Source: Chrysomallon squamiferum
Lineage: Eukaryota; Animalia; Mollusca
Assembly (NCBI GenBank): GCA_012295275.1
Contig: CM022672.1
Coordinates: 5,580,001-5,644,000 of the forward strand
Reading direction: 5' to 3'
DNA: 64,000 bases
In this document: positions 23,710 to 39,004 of the stretch, in pieces
Layout of the letters: each line of letters opens with the position of its first letter
Position numbering within the stretch: the stretch's first letter is position 1
Notes under the pieces: model-generated
What the model was told of the DNA's origin: nothing
The model's database searches: none
The model's input: the letters and a program-made list of their open reading frames with translations, nothing else
Program-made: the position numbers and the translations under genes

Positions 23710-24161
23710 CCTTGTAACTGAAACTAGAATATCAATTACATTTATTTAAACAGATAAAAAGAAACAATCTAGAAACATCTGGAAACCAGATATTTGTAAA
23801 CTACTGTTTGTGCATTCAGGCATGACGAACGAATCACTGACACCATCACTGTTGACGTTAAACAGAAAAATGTCAAATACGTTAACGGAAACTTGTTGAG
23901 TATTTATTCATACACATATATACACACATATATTATCATATATTCACATACATATATAACGTACGTACACACATACATACCTTCTGTACATACACATACA
24001 CACATTTATACACGTATAAAAATTAGATCGGTAAACTTCACAAGTATGTAATGCTTCACAACTGTAGATGACAATGCAAAATCGATACATGACAAAAGCT
24101 TATTGTAGCTAGACACAGACCAAGGCAGATATTAGCGATACATTCATAGACAGTGAGGGAT

Positions 24162-24163
<2 letters not shown>

Positions 24164-24238
<75 letters not shown>

Positions 24239-24254
24239 GAGAGAGAGACTGAGG

Positions 24255-24304
<50 letters not shown>
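24164..24304. repeat. (GA)n microsatellite
   Basis: Seen directly. Confidence 0.95.
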
Positions 24305-24306
<2 letters not shown>

Positions 24307-24773
24307 CTTAAAGACAAGTAAATAATATGAATAAATCGTTAAAATGTCTATTCATGAATCTATTATTACGTTAATTGAGTATTTACGGTAACAAGTCCTA
24401 TTCGCACTCCACCGACACACACCTTTTTTCAACGACTATAAACAAAGTAATCTACTCAATGCTAATTTATGCATATTTACATGACGTAAACACTATAGTA
24501 ACAACGCACACAAATGCACGCAAGCAAAAGCAGATTCATAGCAGACGAAAAATGATTTTCGGCTCTGTTCGGTTCTGTTCCGGTAACTTAAGAAACCCGG
24601 ATTAAGTTCAAGGCTGTGGATTATCGATTTGTTGTATTTTGACTATTGAGGTTGGTCGATATTTTTTATCGAACATGGCGTGATCGTTGTGATATCACTT
24701 CAACTCGAACCATGTGGTAGATCATCAAAGTACCGTATTTACCGTACAAAATGTATGTACTTACGCCTGTAAT

Positions 24774-24778
<5 letters not shown>

Positions 24779-24866
<88 letters not shown>
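24779..24866. repeat. (GA)n microsatellite
   Basis: Seen directly. Confidence 0.95.
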
Positions 24867-24867
<1 letters not shown>

Positions 24868-26007
24868 AGAAGAATGTTTGTTTTTATTTTAGACGATATT
24901 CGGAAACGCTTTCGGCCATCAAGACAACCTTGTACACACACACACACACACTCCACTTTAAATATATATATGCATGTATATATGTTTGTATGTATGTATG
25001 TGTGTGTGTGCACAGAAACTGCGCCCCTAGCCAGTTACCTTACACCCATATTTCAGCTATATATGCCATAAAATCAGCTAAAAATACCACTCAGGTTTAA
25101 CTCAAAGTGCTCAGTGGCATACAAGTGATATAGGTAGCATACTTTAGCTAAACCACTGTATGTGTGTGTGCACCTGTATGAGTGTGTGTGTGTGTATGGT
25201 AACCATAATCCACTGCATGTTTAAGTTATGTACAAGTCATTGATGTTTTTTTTTTAGCTGTGAATAATAAATAGAAAAGAAAATTGAAGGAACTAATACC
25301 AATAACTATAAAAATATAACCTAACCGGCGAAAAAGCTTCGTAAACATCACTAAACTAGACTATATAGTGATATATGTGAATAAATAAGTAGAGATCTGT
25401 ATGTGCGCAGTCGAGTATGACCTAATTGATACCTTAACAAAATGAGGTCTCAGCAGAATGATTCTTTTAATGAGTATTTGTTCATGAGTGATCGAATAAA
25501 TAAATGCATATAATAAAATAATCCACAAAATTATTAACGAACAGGAAAATTAATAACAAAACAACAACAACAACAACACCAATAATAATAATCCATAAAA
25601 ATAATAATGTCACCAGATAAAAACAATTAGATCAACGATAGTAACAACAACAACAGCAACAACGATAACTGTCATAGCAGCTACACTATTTTATAATCAA
25701 GTAACGCCATTTGCAGAATCTGCTGAATTTAAATAAAGTATTTTGGCGCCAAACAAGAGCAGGATTTTACATAATTGGCGCGAAAAATCCTTTCTTGCCT
25801 TTCTTATATCAGACGTCTGCATTCCCAAAGTAATCATTTTTAAAACGGCCTTTGAGAGAAATTTAGTTTATGTAACCTTCAAGGAACATGCAACGGATAA
25901 GAAGAGTATACTGAACAACAAAAGAAATGCAGTAAGCTTTCAAAAGCTTGAACATAGACTGATCTGACATAATGACACAAATTTTACTGTACGTGTGAGA
26001 AAGAGAG

Positions 26008-26088
<81 letters not shown>

Positions 26089-26283
26089 GACAGAAAGAGA
26101 GAGAGAGAATGCAAAGACAAATGTATGTTAATAAAACTTTGCTATTAGACTAGTATTATGTTTATAGGTAAGAATGTAAGTATGAGTATGTATATATATA
26201 TATATATGGATTTGAATATTTTTTCTTTTTTCGCATTTCTAATGTGTGCATATTTTTGTCTGGGGTTTTTTCTTTTCACTCTC

Positions 26284-26391
26284 TATATATATATGTGTGT
26301 GTGTGTATGTATGTATGTATGTATGTATGTATGTATGTATGTATGTATGTATGTATGTTGTATGTATGTATGTATGTATGTATGTATATGC

Positions 26392-26423
<32 letters not shown>

Positions 26424-26460
26424 TTATGTGTGTGTGTATATGCCTATGTGTGTGTGTGTA
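26284..26460. repeat. Compound (TA)/(TG)/(TATG)n microsatellite
   Basis: Seen directly. Confidence 0.9.
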
Positions 26461-26809
26461 CGAATGTGTGATTGTGTTGAAGGTTTTGGTTCCTTCGGGT
26501 TTTTTTAATTTATTTATATTTTATATTTTTTTTATTATTATTATTTTTTTAATAAGTATAGTTTAACGTATACTGTAGAAAGTCGCTTGTTAAACATCAT
26601 ATATACGTAGCAGCCAGGGAAACCAGTGAACTGGCCTCGGTTATCACCGCAAGGAATGCTGGATATTTTTACAGAATGAGCTCATGAACTTTTAAATATC
26701 AACAATGAATCGCTGTGACTAGGGGAGAGGCGGGAAAGGTCAAAGAGGAAGAGATTTTCATATCAGTTAGTGTCTGATAACAGTTACAAGAGTTTTTATT
26801 ATTATTAAT

Positions 26810-26885
<76 letters not shown>

Positions 26886-26979
26886 GTATGCCTTTAAGAC
26901 ATTGCAGCTCGAAGGGGCCTCATTGTAGACTGCACAGCATTATTCTACATAATTTTATATTTGTATTTATAAATGTATG

Positions 26980-27026
<47 letters not shown>

Positions 27027-27463
27027 GTGTGTGTGTGTTATAAAGAACATTCAAAAATTATCGGATTCCAACAGTTTACATTATACTGTTTATTTAAACT
27101 ACAATAAATTAAATTTAAACCACAGCTGAACTTAGTTTGATATTATTAGATGTTAGTCACGTCTTTCAAATATACATAACACTTAAACTGCTTTTTCCTT
27201 TTCAACCATGGTGCATACATCCAGTATTTCCAAATGCAGGGCATCGGGGGCTGAGCCAATAAACTAAATGAGACAGATCCACTCAAAGTGTAGACTAAGA
27301 AATAATTCTTTAAAATAAGTTACAACTGGGTTATGAAATATTGCGGGGTTTATCTATGATAAAACTGGTCTGTAGAATAGTTATATAAAAATTCTCTATT
27401 TATTTCCTGATATGTTAAAAAAAAAAAAAAAAAAAAACTTGGGCATTTATTATTATTATTATT

Positions 27464-27551
<88 letters not shown>

Positions 27552-28212
27552 AACACTGTAATGCGTTTTTGAAACAAGCGACATGCTCACATTAAGTTAC
27601 ACTGGATAGTGACATCTATCAGCAAGTTCACGCCCCAGACTCACTTACACAAGTTACTGCTGCAGATTCTGATTTACCGAGACCACCGGAACTGCCTAGT
27701 TAGCGTGCCAGCATGCAAATCACCACGTAAAGATATTAATTCAGAAAAGAAAGATTGATTTTTTTATAAGATAATTTTGTACATGTATTGTTTATGAAAG
27801 GGGAGTGAGATAAGCAAGTATAATTTTAGACAATAGACAAGTTCATTTTAATTGCTAGAAACTTAACGAAGGTTAGTTTATAAAAGTCTCTCACTCCGTA
27901 TTAGTACAAAAATACACATGGAACATACTCGATCATTTCCATTACCGCTGATATACACACACACACACACACACACACATACTCACAACACATACGCACA
28001 CAATCATACGACTAAAATAAACAGCTGCTACCAAAATATGTTTCTTGCTTTTTTTATTCACTTTATGTGAAATTGAATATAGTATCATTTAAACACAGTA
28101 CTGGGGTATGATAAACGTTGGAGTCTCTACGTGGCAAATATAAAATTATGTAGAATAATGCTGTGCAGTCTACAATGTGGCCCTTTCGAACTGCAATGTC
28201 TTAAAGGCATAC
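26886..28212. mobile_element. Inverted-repeat (MITE/foldback-like) structure, 78-bp arms at 26886-26963 and 28135-28212
   Basis: Arms are reverse complements with 3 mismatches; TTAA lies near each outer end; no ORF inside. Confidence 0.6.
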
Positions 28213-29280
28213 ACTTTTACTAGTGGTCGGTACTTCGTTAAGTTTCTTCTAATCAAGTACTGTCGATAGAGTTGTCTCCATTGATTTGACCTAGATTTCT
28301 CTTTGAGTTTATCGATCTATGCGATATTTAGGTCATCACTTTAGTGAATCTAAATAGCCCTTTATTTTATTTATTACCTGTACAATGGCGTGATAGTTAC
28401 CCTGTTACAGGTTATAATACTCGTGTATACAATGGTATGGTAGCAACGCGTAACATATACAGCTGCAAAGAAGGCCATTCATCTGACAACCGTATCAAAC
28501 TTGTCCTGTGATCATTGTAGCACGTTTTCATGACGGGACGGTCGATCAAGTTACAGGATACGACGAACCCGTCCCAAATTGAAATGAATCCGAGAAACGA
28601 AGATAGGAGACTGAAAAATTACCAAAAAGCCCGGGAATTTAGTAGCATATGATAAACCTATCTGAAAAAAAAATCTTAAGCAGGTCAAGTTATTGGTTAA
28701 AGTTGACAATACATCATTCGAAAATATTTTTTTTTCTTCTTCTGTGTTTTTTTTTTTTGTTGTTTTTTTTCCTTTTTCTTTCTTGTGAATACAGATTTAC
28801 CTGAATAATTACAAATCGACGTATGGATACCGAATACGGTGACCTGTACTGCTATCTGGTCCAACATTTGATGTGTTTGTCTGTCTGTCGTTCCGTCTGT
28901 GTTGAAGGTTTCAGAGCATTGCCTCTTGTAATATTCTTAGAGTATGCATATATATCTATGCATGTATATATATATATAAAAATATATATATATATATGTA
29001 TGCACATGTAATATATTTGTATATGTATATGTGAACGTACGTTTGTATAATTCAGTGTACTCTATATATGCGTACGCACGTGTGTGTGTGTGTGTGTCTG
29101 TGTGGGTGTGTGGGTGTGTGTGGTGAAAGATATGTTGGTATATGTACAAAGAACAGAGTACGTGTTACCAGAAAATAAAGACAGCAGAAACACATCTGGT
29201 GCAGTTCACTCCTGTTACATCTTATTTTTACTGATTTGCTATCGATGGTCTAACAGATCTGTAATCAAAGCATGTGACAT

Positions 29281-29293
29281 GTTGCCTAGCAAC
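29281..29293. promoter_or_regulatory. RFX X-box
   Basis: GTTGCCTAGCAAC, a near-perfect palindromic X-box. Confidence 0.4.
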
Positions 29294-29756
29294 AGAAACT
29301 ACTAAATATATCGATATAATTATACGACATGAGCAACGGTATAATTTATTAATAAGGCAACAGTATCCATAATAAATATGGACAACATGTTAGACGCCAA
29401 TGTCGAAGATTTGTTTGTTTATTTTAAAATTCCTTTTTGTTTTCTTTCTTTTTTTCTTTATTTATTTATTTATTTATTTATTCCATTCCATTCCATTCTA
29501 TTCTATTCTTTAAATTCTTTCTGAAATTCAAAAATAAAAATTCAAAAGATGTTGTATGTTAATTTATTCAGAGAAAAATTATTGATGAAATATATTTAAA
29601 ACTCTTTAATTACATCAGCATTAATAATAATAACAACTGTTCGAATATAGGTAATACACCTGATGCCTTCTCAAACATATTTAAAAATGAATATGTATAA
29701 CACCTCTCGATATAACACAAAGAGCAGACATCATTTCGAATGTTCTAGAAAACCAT

Positions 29757-29794
<38 letters not shown>

Positions 29795-29812
29795 ACACAC
29801 ACACACACACAG

Positions 29813-29852
<40 letters not shown>

Positions 29853-31231
29853 TGTTCTTATACATATGTCAGGTTATTTATAATACGTATGCGCTAATAT
29901 AAATACTGTGGCTTCTTGCCATGCTGTTTTATAATGATGTTCATGCATTCATAAATTACATTAGGTACGTCTGTACATATTTTTATATGCATGGTTGTAT
30001 GCAGTATATATATGTGTGTGTGTGTGTGTTTGTGGTGTGTTATCATGTATGTTAGCACTGTGAATGTCTTTGTATGTCTGTATTTACACTAACACACCTA
30101 AGTCGATAGGTGGGTACATACACACAGTTGATAATCATGAACTACGCACACACGATTAGTCATTAGCATGAGGTAACATTACACTACAGCATATGCGCAG
30201 TTCATGACAGCTGTATCAGACTGCCTTGCAGTCCGTGTGACTGAAAATTTAAACTCTTAGTACCAGACATGGTGAAATACATTCTGTCTACCTGCAGATT
30301 ATATTTTCTTCTTCTTCTTCTTCTTCTTCTTCTTCTTCTTCTTCTTCTTCTTCTTCTTTTTAATTCTTATTTTGTTTTAGTATTTCATTTTATTAATATT
30401 TCATTTATTTATTTATCAATTTATTTACCTATTATCATATATATATATATCTTACTGAAATAATATGTTTTATTCACTCTTCTTTGACACTTAAACTGTA
30501 ACTGAGTGAAAATAGTCTAATATAGTTCACTTTATTTACTGATTGTTAACTCTTTTTTTTCGATAGCCTCTGGTAATAATAAAATCTGACAGTATTAAAT
30601 TTTACTGGCATACAAAATTTTACTGGCATACATTTTACCGTATTGCCGATGTATTCGTGGCGTCACAAGTAGTGAAGTATGTTGAAATTTTTTCTTTTTT
30701 TTTCTAAATACGCCCTTTAATAGAACTGACAGACAGATAAATTTAATTTTATTATCTGTTTAGTTTTTATATCGACTGATAACTGTTTTTGCTTTCAGTT
30801 TATTTATTTCTTGAATTGTTTAAAAAAAAAAAAAAAAAAAAAAAAAGAATTAGTAAAAATAAATAATAATACATAAATAAAAATAAATATAAAAATTAAG
30901 TGAAATAATTAATTAAATAAATACATAAATAATTTAATTAATTATTTAATTAATAGAATAAAATGAAATAAATAAAATGAATAAATAAACAACAACAACA
31001 ACAACAAACAAACAAACAAACAAACAAATAAAAAAAAGATGGACGTTTCTGCTGCATAGATTGCAATATCAATTTTAAAATTCTGAAAATAGTAGGTGCT
31101 AAATACTTAAGCAGATGATGGATACTGAAAATTAGCACATACGTGGCTTGAAATTACACAAATCTCGTTAAGGGTTAGTTACAGTATGTACAATAGTGTA
31201 TCAATACCAGGGCATTTATTATTATTATTGG

Positions 31232-31314
<83 letters not shown>

Positions 31315-32166
31315 TTTTTTTAATTCACACATCCAATTACTATATCTTGTTCAAGTGAATTAAAAATAAAGTTATTTATTTATTTATGCCATTTTAATTT
31401 TTAACATTACAAAACCATTGCTGAATTACAAACTCGCTTTTTCTAGAAATTAAGTTCTCATATACAAATCGTCTGCAGATGTCATATGGACTACTGTCAG
31501 CTGTCTTATCTCAAGCGCTTTAGGGGTGAAGGGTTCAGTAAATTTACAAAATTTCAACTAATTTTCTCGTTAAAACAACAGTTATAACAAAATCATGTAT
31601 TTTTTACAATTGCCTACATATTAATGAAAATGTCTAATTGAACGATCAAATAGTGGTACTTGCTAATTTACTATCGTTCCATGTTGGAATTTGAAGCGTC
31701 TCCCCACAATAAAATGGGATCCTTCTGTCTGTTCACTCCTTTTTGCTACGCTTGTTGAAAATAGTTTAATGGTTTAAAGCGTTTTAACCATAGTAGAATA
31801 AAAATAAACGTACTGTGATTTAGCTGTTTGAGGTAAGAGTCTGTGTATTGAATACCGCTATTTGTTGTCACTTACAGCATGACACTGTCTCAAAAATTAA
31901 ATAACAGGAGGTTCGTCTCCCAGTTCCCATTGAAACAGCCCTGGACTTCTTTAAAACCTGGGAAACCGGGGGTCGTCTGTTTAAGAAATTTCACGTAAAA
32001 AGAAAAGACCTGTTTACTTCTTTCAAATTCCTGTGTTTTGCAGCCTCCCGTCAACAGCTGATGTCGAGCTCTGAATGTCACAGGTCGTTCAGCTTTCTAC
32101 ATGCAATCTGAAACCACACAACAGAGAGCCATTATAAAGATGCTGTTAATGTGACAAAGACAACGC

Positions 32167-32180
32167 GTTGCCATGGTTTC
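32167..32180. promoter_or_regulatory. RFX X-box-like site
   Basis: GTTGCCATGGTTTC. Confidence 0.35.
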
Positions 32181-32451
32181 AAAGAGAAAGTAGTAGAAAA
32201 ATATCTCCTTTCAGACACGAAACTGAGGCTGGGTAATTTCAGTGTATTTTGTCCCCTTTGAACTGACTGTAAGTAAATTATACATGCGAAGTCATTTTAT
32301 CTTGTATATTGTATTTCACTTGTTGACTGTTCCTTTTTAATAGAACGTACGAAAAACAAACTGGATACACATATTCCATGTTTACTAATACAGCTACAGT
32401 TTATGGGGTAAATCAAGAGATGGTATATTCATGATTTGAAGCACAATCATG

Positions 32452-32579
32452 CACTCGATTTTAATTTAAAGTAGCATTTAATTTTATTTTCAAAAATCAT
32501 TTCCATATTTCTATATATATATATATACCTACGCATAGATGCTGTCATGCTCACTTATAAATAAGTACGTAATTATATA

Positions 32580-32630
<51 letters not shown>

Positions 32631-32733
32631 ACACAGTCACACACACACACACACACACAGGTATATATATATGGAAATAAGGAAATGATTTTTGAAAATA
32701 AAATTAAATGCTACTTTAAATTAAAATTGAGTG
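32452..32733. mobile_element. Short foldback element, ~75-bp inverted arms around a (CA)n-containing loop
   Basis: cactcgattttaatttaaagtagcatt...tatacct versus aggtata...aatgctactttaaattaaaattgagtg. Confidence 0.65.
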
Positions 32734-33589
32734 TATGTATAGAAAAAATACAAAAAAATACTAATAAATAAATAAATAAATAATCAGAAGTGTTATAAGT
32801 GTTTATTTCTGTGATTCATTTAAACTGCTGGAACATTTCCTTTGCCGGAAACACTGATCAAAGTAAACACGACAAGAAACCGGTATATTATAACAGTATT
32901 GCGCTTCTGTTCGTACTGAACGGACAGCAATCAAACAGTGTCTACTTAGACAAAGTCACGCTATCGTGTGTGTAGGTAATCAAATGGGTATTTTTAAATC
33001 TGTATTGTGATACGTACAAGATAATTATTAAAGTCGTGCCTACACGATTAAAATTATGTCTAAAGTGTAAAAATATTCGATTTCTTTGCTTAAAATATTT
33101 CTTTCTTTATTTATTTATTTTGAAATATACTTCAGTATATTATATTGTTCTGGAGGACCTATTATCGCTCTTAATAAGAGCTTGAATGAACTGAGAAACA
33201 AAAAACATCAATTATATTAGTATTTAAGTCATAATTTCTAGATTTTGAGAGTGCCATATTAATTTATAAATATATAATACTTTATATACAATTTTTATTA
33301 TATTAAATGGATTCTTCTGTTGGCCTTTACACAAATGTTTTAAAGATACATGATATTCCTTATACAAGATACATGATATTCCTTATACTTATCAGTAAAG
33401 GAATTGCGCAACAACCCGACCGCGACTTTATGATAAATCTGACCTACAAATGCTGTTACTATGTTTAGTTTACTTATATCTTTATATGATGGATTGTAAT
33501 ATAAGTTTCCGAAATAATCTAAACGTCAGCTTTTACAAAAAACCTCTATATGTTCACCGTTATGTTTGTGTATATTTGTATATTCATTT

Positions 33590-33633
33590 TCACACATACA
33601 CATACATACACAAATACATACATACATAAATAC

Positions 33634-33664
<31 letters not shown>

Positions 33665-33670
33665 CATACA

Positions 33671-33734
<64 letters not shown>

Positions 33735-33750
33735 TATATACATATACACA
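33590..33750. repeat. Compound (CATA)/(TA)/(CA)n microsatellite
   Basis: Seen directly. Confidence 0.9.
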
Positions 33751-34635
33751 CTACGCATGAGTAAGTGATACATCTACAGGCACATACGTACATGTGTTTG
33801 TATGTATATTTAGACGAACGCATTTACTGATTTACAATCACGAATTTGCCTAATATAATCTGCACATATAAAGTAATCGTTTAATATGCACTCACACACA
33901 CACACATACACACGCACTCCCAGTTGTCGTTGAAAGATACGTACTGACATAAATGACGATGCGTGATATGTGTCACTGTAACAGCTGAAATGTTGATAAC
34001 TCGTTTCTTTTAAAACATGGCAGGAGCGAGTCTAGCGCCATTTAATTTAGGGACTCTTAGTCGCCGCATCTGTTATATAAACGTCCATAATGTTGCACCG
34101 CATTACATCAACTGGGCAGATTTATTTTATTGTTCATAATATTACACTGGTCTGTTGTAGAAATCGTGGTATTTATATCGCTTTAATATACTTAACTCTT
34201 ATATGTTTGGGCACAAACGCCGCAAACGAGACTGAGAGAAAACTTCAGATTATTAATTTTGAGAATAATGTGGATTCAACGCTAAACCCTGAACCCTAGT
34301 TCCACGCCCCAGTAAGCATTTATATATGTACGTCTGCTTCAGCGTTCCCATCTTCGCAAACGTAATTCACACATTATAATTATAAACACAATGCACATAC
34401 ATCAATACGCCCTGCATAGAAACTTGGCATGCGAAAAAATGCAAATGTCGTCGACAGCATAATAATACATGTACATATTAGCCTTCATATCTGGGCTCCA
34501 AATGAAGTCAAGAGATACGTAGGAAGGTCAAACCTCGAGGTCATTTTCTGGCCAAGCTGACGTAAGGTCACAATCCGTTCAGCTAATTAAACCTCACATT
34601 AACTTTCAGAGATAAATTTATGCTGTTATGTTAAC

Positions 34636-34670
<35 letters not shown>

Positions 34671-34697
34671 TGTATATGGTAAATATATATATATTTT

Positions 34698-34769
<72 letters not shown>

Positions 34770-34868
34770 GGAAAGAGGTGTAGAGATATATAGATTGATA
34801 GAGTGTTAGAGTGATATCCCAAACGATAGACAGATATGTTGACTGTTTGACGGGTAATTAGGTAGGCA

Positions 34869-34907
<39 letters not shown>

Positions 34908-35219
34908 ATCAGACATATACACATTTACAAACATATACGTAAATGATGTTAATTTTACATGTACTTTCAAATTATATATATTAAACTAACTAGGACAGAC
35001 TGATATAAATATTTTGTAATTTATATATACACATTAGAGTATCAATAACGTTTCTATTTCATTATTATTTTTTTTTGTTTTTCTGCATGTAAATTGACTT
35101 TAAAATTTTAATTTGTTAATATCCCATACGGGTTGTAATGTGTATGTGTATGTGTATTCTGTCTTTTTATTTATTTATTTTTTAATTTTTTTTTTTTACA
35201 TTCTCTCCCTCTCTTTCTT

Positions 35220-35548
<329 letters not shown>

Positions 35549-35808
35549 AACGTCAGAATGACTAGGCAGTAAATCCGGTTTCATGTATGTTGTACCTTTC
35601 ACTCCATTATTTATTATACAATAATATAGCACAGCCCGAGAAGCTGAGAGCGAAACAAAAGACTACATGAAGTTTTATGTTCTAGTCTAGTGACAACAGG
35701 GTGAAGGTTAAAGCGACTCGAATCAAATACAAAGTTTATGACTAAGCAAAACCAAAAAAACAAAAACAGTTTTTGTAACTGTCAGTGCAAAATACCTGCA
35801 GCAGAAGA

Positions 35809-35855
<47 letters not shown>

Positions 35856-36001
35856 TAATAAGGATAAGGATAATGATAACAACAACAACAACAACAATAA
35901 TAACATCAATGATAATATAATAAATAACATGAACACCCCTCCAGCTATTTAATATAAGAGGGTTAGTGATGCTGGAGATGCTGAAGTCATCCTTTATATT
36001 A

Positions 36002-36038
36002 ACTACTATTACTATTACTACTACTACTACTACTACTA

Positions 36039-36101
<63 letters not shown>

Positions 36102-36211
36102 GTCTGTCTGTCTCTCTCTCTGTCTCTCTCTCCCTCTCTCTCTCTCTCTATCTCCCCCCTCTTTCTCTGTCTGTCTGTCTGTCTCTGTCTGTCTGTCTCT
36201 CTCCCTCTCTC

Positions 36212-36281
<70 letters not shown>
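36002..36281. repeat. (ACT)n plus compound (CT)/(CTGT)n microsatellite
   Basis: Seen directly. Confidence 0.9.
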
Positions 36282-36284
<3 letters not shown>

Positions 36285-36405
36285 TACATTTGGAACTCTG
36301 CCATTTCTGTATCTGCACAAACTTCATTAAGTATATTCTGTGACTACTTTATTTTATGGAAGGCAAAAATTAAATTAGCAGAAGGATGTGAATGTAACAA
36401 AAAAT

Positions 36406-36475
<70 letters not shown>

Positions 36476-36563
36476 GACATTATTGGGTTATTTTTTTTTT
36501 TTTATTAATATTGTTACTGTTATTGTTTTTTTGTTGTTCTAATTAATATTACTGTTTTTATTG

Positions 36564-36611
<48 letters not shown>

Positions 36612-38318
36612 CACCACTACCATTACTTAAATAATGTTCATGTTTTAGTGTGGTTTTGTTTTTCTCAGAGTATATATTTGTGTGTGTGTGCGTGCGTGCG
36701 TGCGTGTGTGTGTGTGTGTACACACCTAATTCGAGAAGCGGGCTGCATGACAACATGACTCATCATCAGGCGGATAATACTAAAAAAAACAAACAAACAA
36801 ACAAACAATCATGACAATAAATAACAGATATAAATAAAATATAAAAGAAATTTAAAAAAATAAATAAATAACCCAACAACAAACCTTGAAGAACATACTA
36901 TTTGTATGAGAAAGGTTATTAAGGGGGAGAACACTCGTGCATATCTGTGTGCGATCACCAGATGTCATTACTAATAAATGTTTTTGTTATTGTGGCTGAG
37001 AAATATTTTTGTTTATACTGTAAGCAGTCGATCATATCACATTGTTAACAATTAACAGCTCGGACCTTGTGGTTTTCCTTATCGACTTCGCATTTTGAGA
37101 TAATGGTGAAGTAGACTGCCTTATGAATATGTATTGGATACCGAGAGGGAATGAGGTCATTGTTCTCTTTCTGGGATGTCATCTGACCATCATGCTGTTC
37201 TCATTACTATAAATAAATGCTGGCTGCGGCGGCGATTAAGACGTATGCTTTAAAACTAGCAGGAAGTGAGATCGGGTCTTGAAACTGGCCTCTGCTCAAA
37301 GTTAATTAGAGTTATGTAAAATTACTTCAAGCTCAGTATTTTCTCGTTTGAAAACTGCTGGAGCGGACTATTCGTACTAGACTGTCACCTGTTCATATCA
37401 AAATAATCAAACAAAGCCTTCGATACAAGCACGTATCAGATTATTATTTATTAATTAGCTGTTTACAAACCAACGATTTGTAACTGCGGTACTGTAAAGA
37501 AACAAACAACAAAAATTTAAAAAAATGAATAATTGAATATTAAATAAATAAATAAATAAATAAAAGAATTAGAAACAAATAAAGAAAGGAAAGAAAAGAA
37601 AAGAAATATAAACTGCATTGCTTAGAAATATGACTCAGTATGACTCAAAATCATAAAATCAAATTATTTACTGTACTACACTCCATTCTAAATTCAAATA
37701 ATCACTGGACGTTTAATTCATTATTTATTAATATTTTTAATCATGATACCCTAGAACAAATATTTTTAAAATGTACTTGAGTACGGCTTTGAGTGCGTTA
37801 TTCATGTAATGTAAAACATTTTGTGTAAATATTATGTAACTATATAGTTTGACATAAGCTGAAACGTCTCAAAACCAGGCACTTAGTAAACCGAAATTAT
37901 TCCCCCCCGTTCCTACCCCAAAAACTCTACTATTTCCGCGGCCCGTTTATTCACAAGTCTTTTCACTCTAAGTTAGCCGAACACCCTCAGAACCGAACTT
38001 TTTAGTTTGCACCGCTGCTGCTTGGTTTTGTGAAGGGTCGGTGTATTTGCCAATTTACGCAAATGTATAAATAGTTTTTATCAATAGCTAGAGTGTGAAC
38101 TCTTTTGGTTGTACGTGTTTCTGTGGGTGAGTATGTTTAACTAAAGATCTCTCGCTCTCTGATCTTTTTTACCTCTCTCTTTTTTTTTTTTTTTTTTTTT
38201 TTCACTTAATTTACACTGAATTCATGCATGTAATGGAACAGATAAATAAAAGTAAGAAGGAAACCTAAATTTTAAATTGTTTATTAGGATATAAACTGAA
38301 TAGGTTTGTTTATTTATT

Positions 38319-38359
<41 letters not shown>

Positions 38360-38953
38360 TTGCTTATGTGTCCATTGTTGTGGTAGTATTTATATGTGTA
38401 TGTTTATATGTTTGTGAATGTATGTGTATATTTTACGAGGCAGCTAAATAATTAATATATATGTGTATGTCAAAGGATTTTAGTGTAAGAAGGTGAGGCG
38501 TTTGCTATTCGAGCGAGCTGCATGAACATAACAGGTATGTCGATATATGTATACATATATCACTGTATCTGTTAGAGATGGATCGTTGCTAATTTTAGCT
38601 TGTCGAGACTTTGTATATCTGAATGCGTGCAGTAAAATTACAAGGATTTATGTTTGTGTCCCATACTAGTATATGGTTACATTATCGTAAATCACAAATA
38701 ATAAGCGTGTTGACAAAGAATAACTGATAATAAAGTAAACAAACTATATTTACATTTAATTATTAATAATTCGCGAGCAGTGGTGTCAGTTAATGTTGCT
38801 TTTCATTCAGTTCAACACGTTTTGCTGTCTTCAGCACGTCACCGCCATTTTATTGCATTAAGATAAACGATATCGGAACCTTTTAATTTTATTTATATAT
38901 ATGTGAAGCTATTAATTAGTTAATTATTTTATTTTATTTTATTTTATTTTATT

Positions 38954-39004
<51 letters not shown>

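Noticed and set aside
33343-33388. 23-bp tandem duplication (also an ~18-bp one at ~30598-30632)
   Set aside because: Ordinary slippage duplications with no functional signal.
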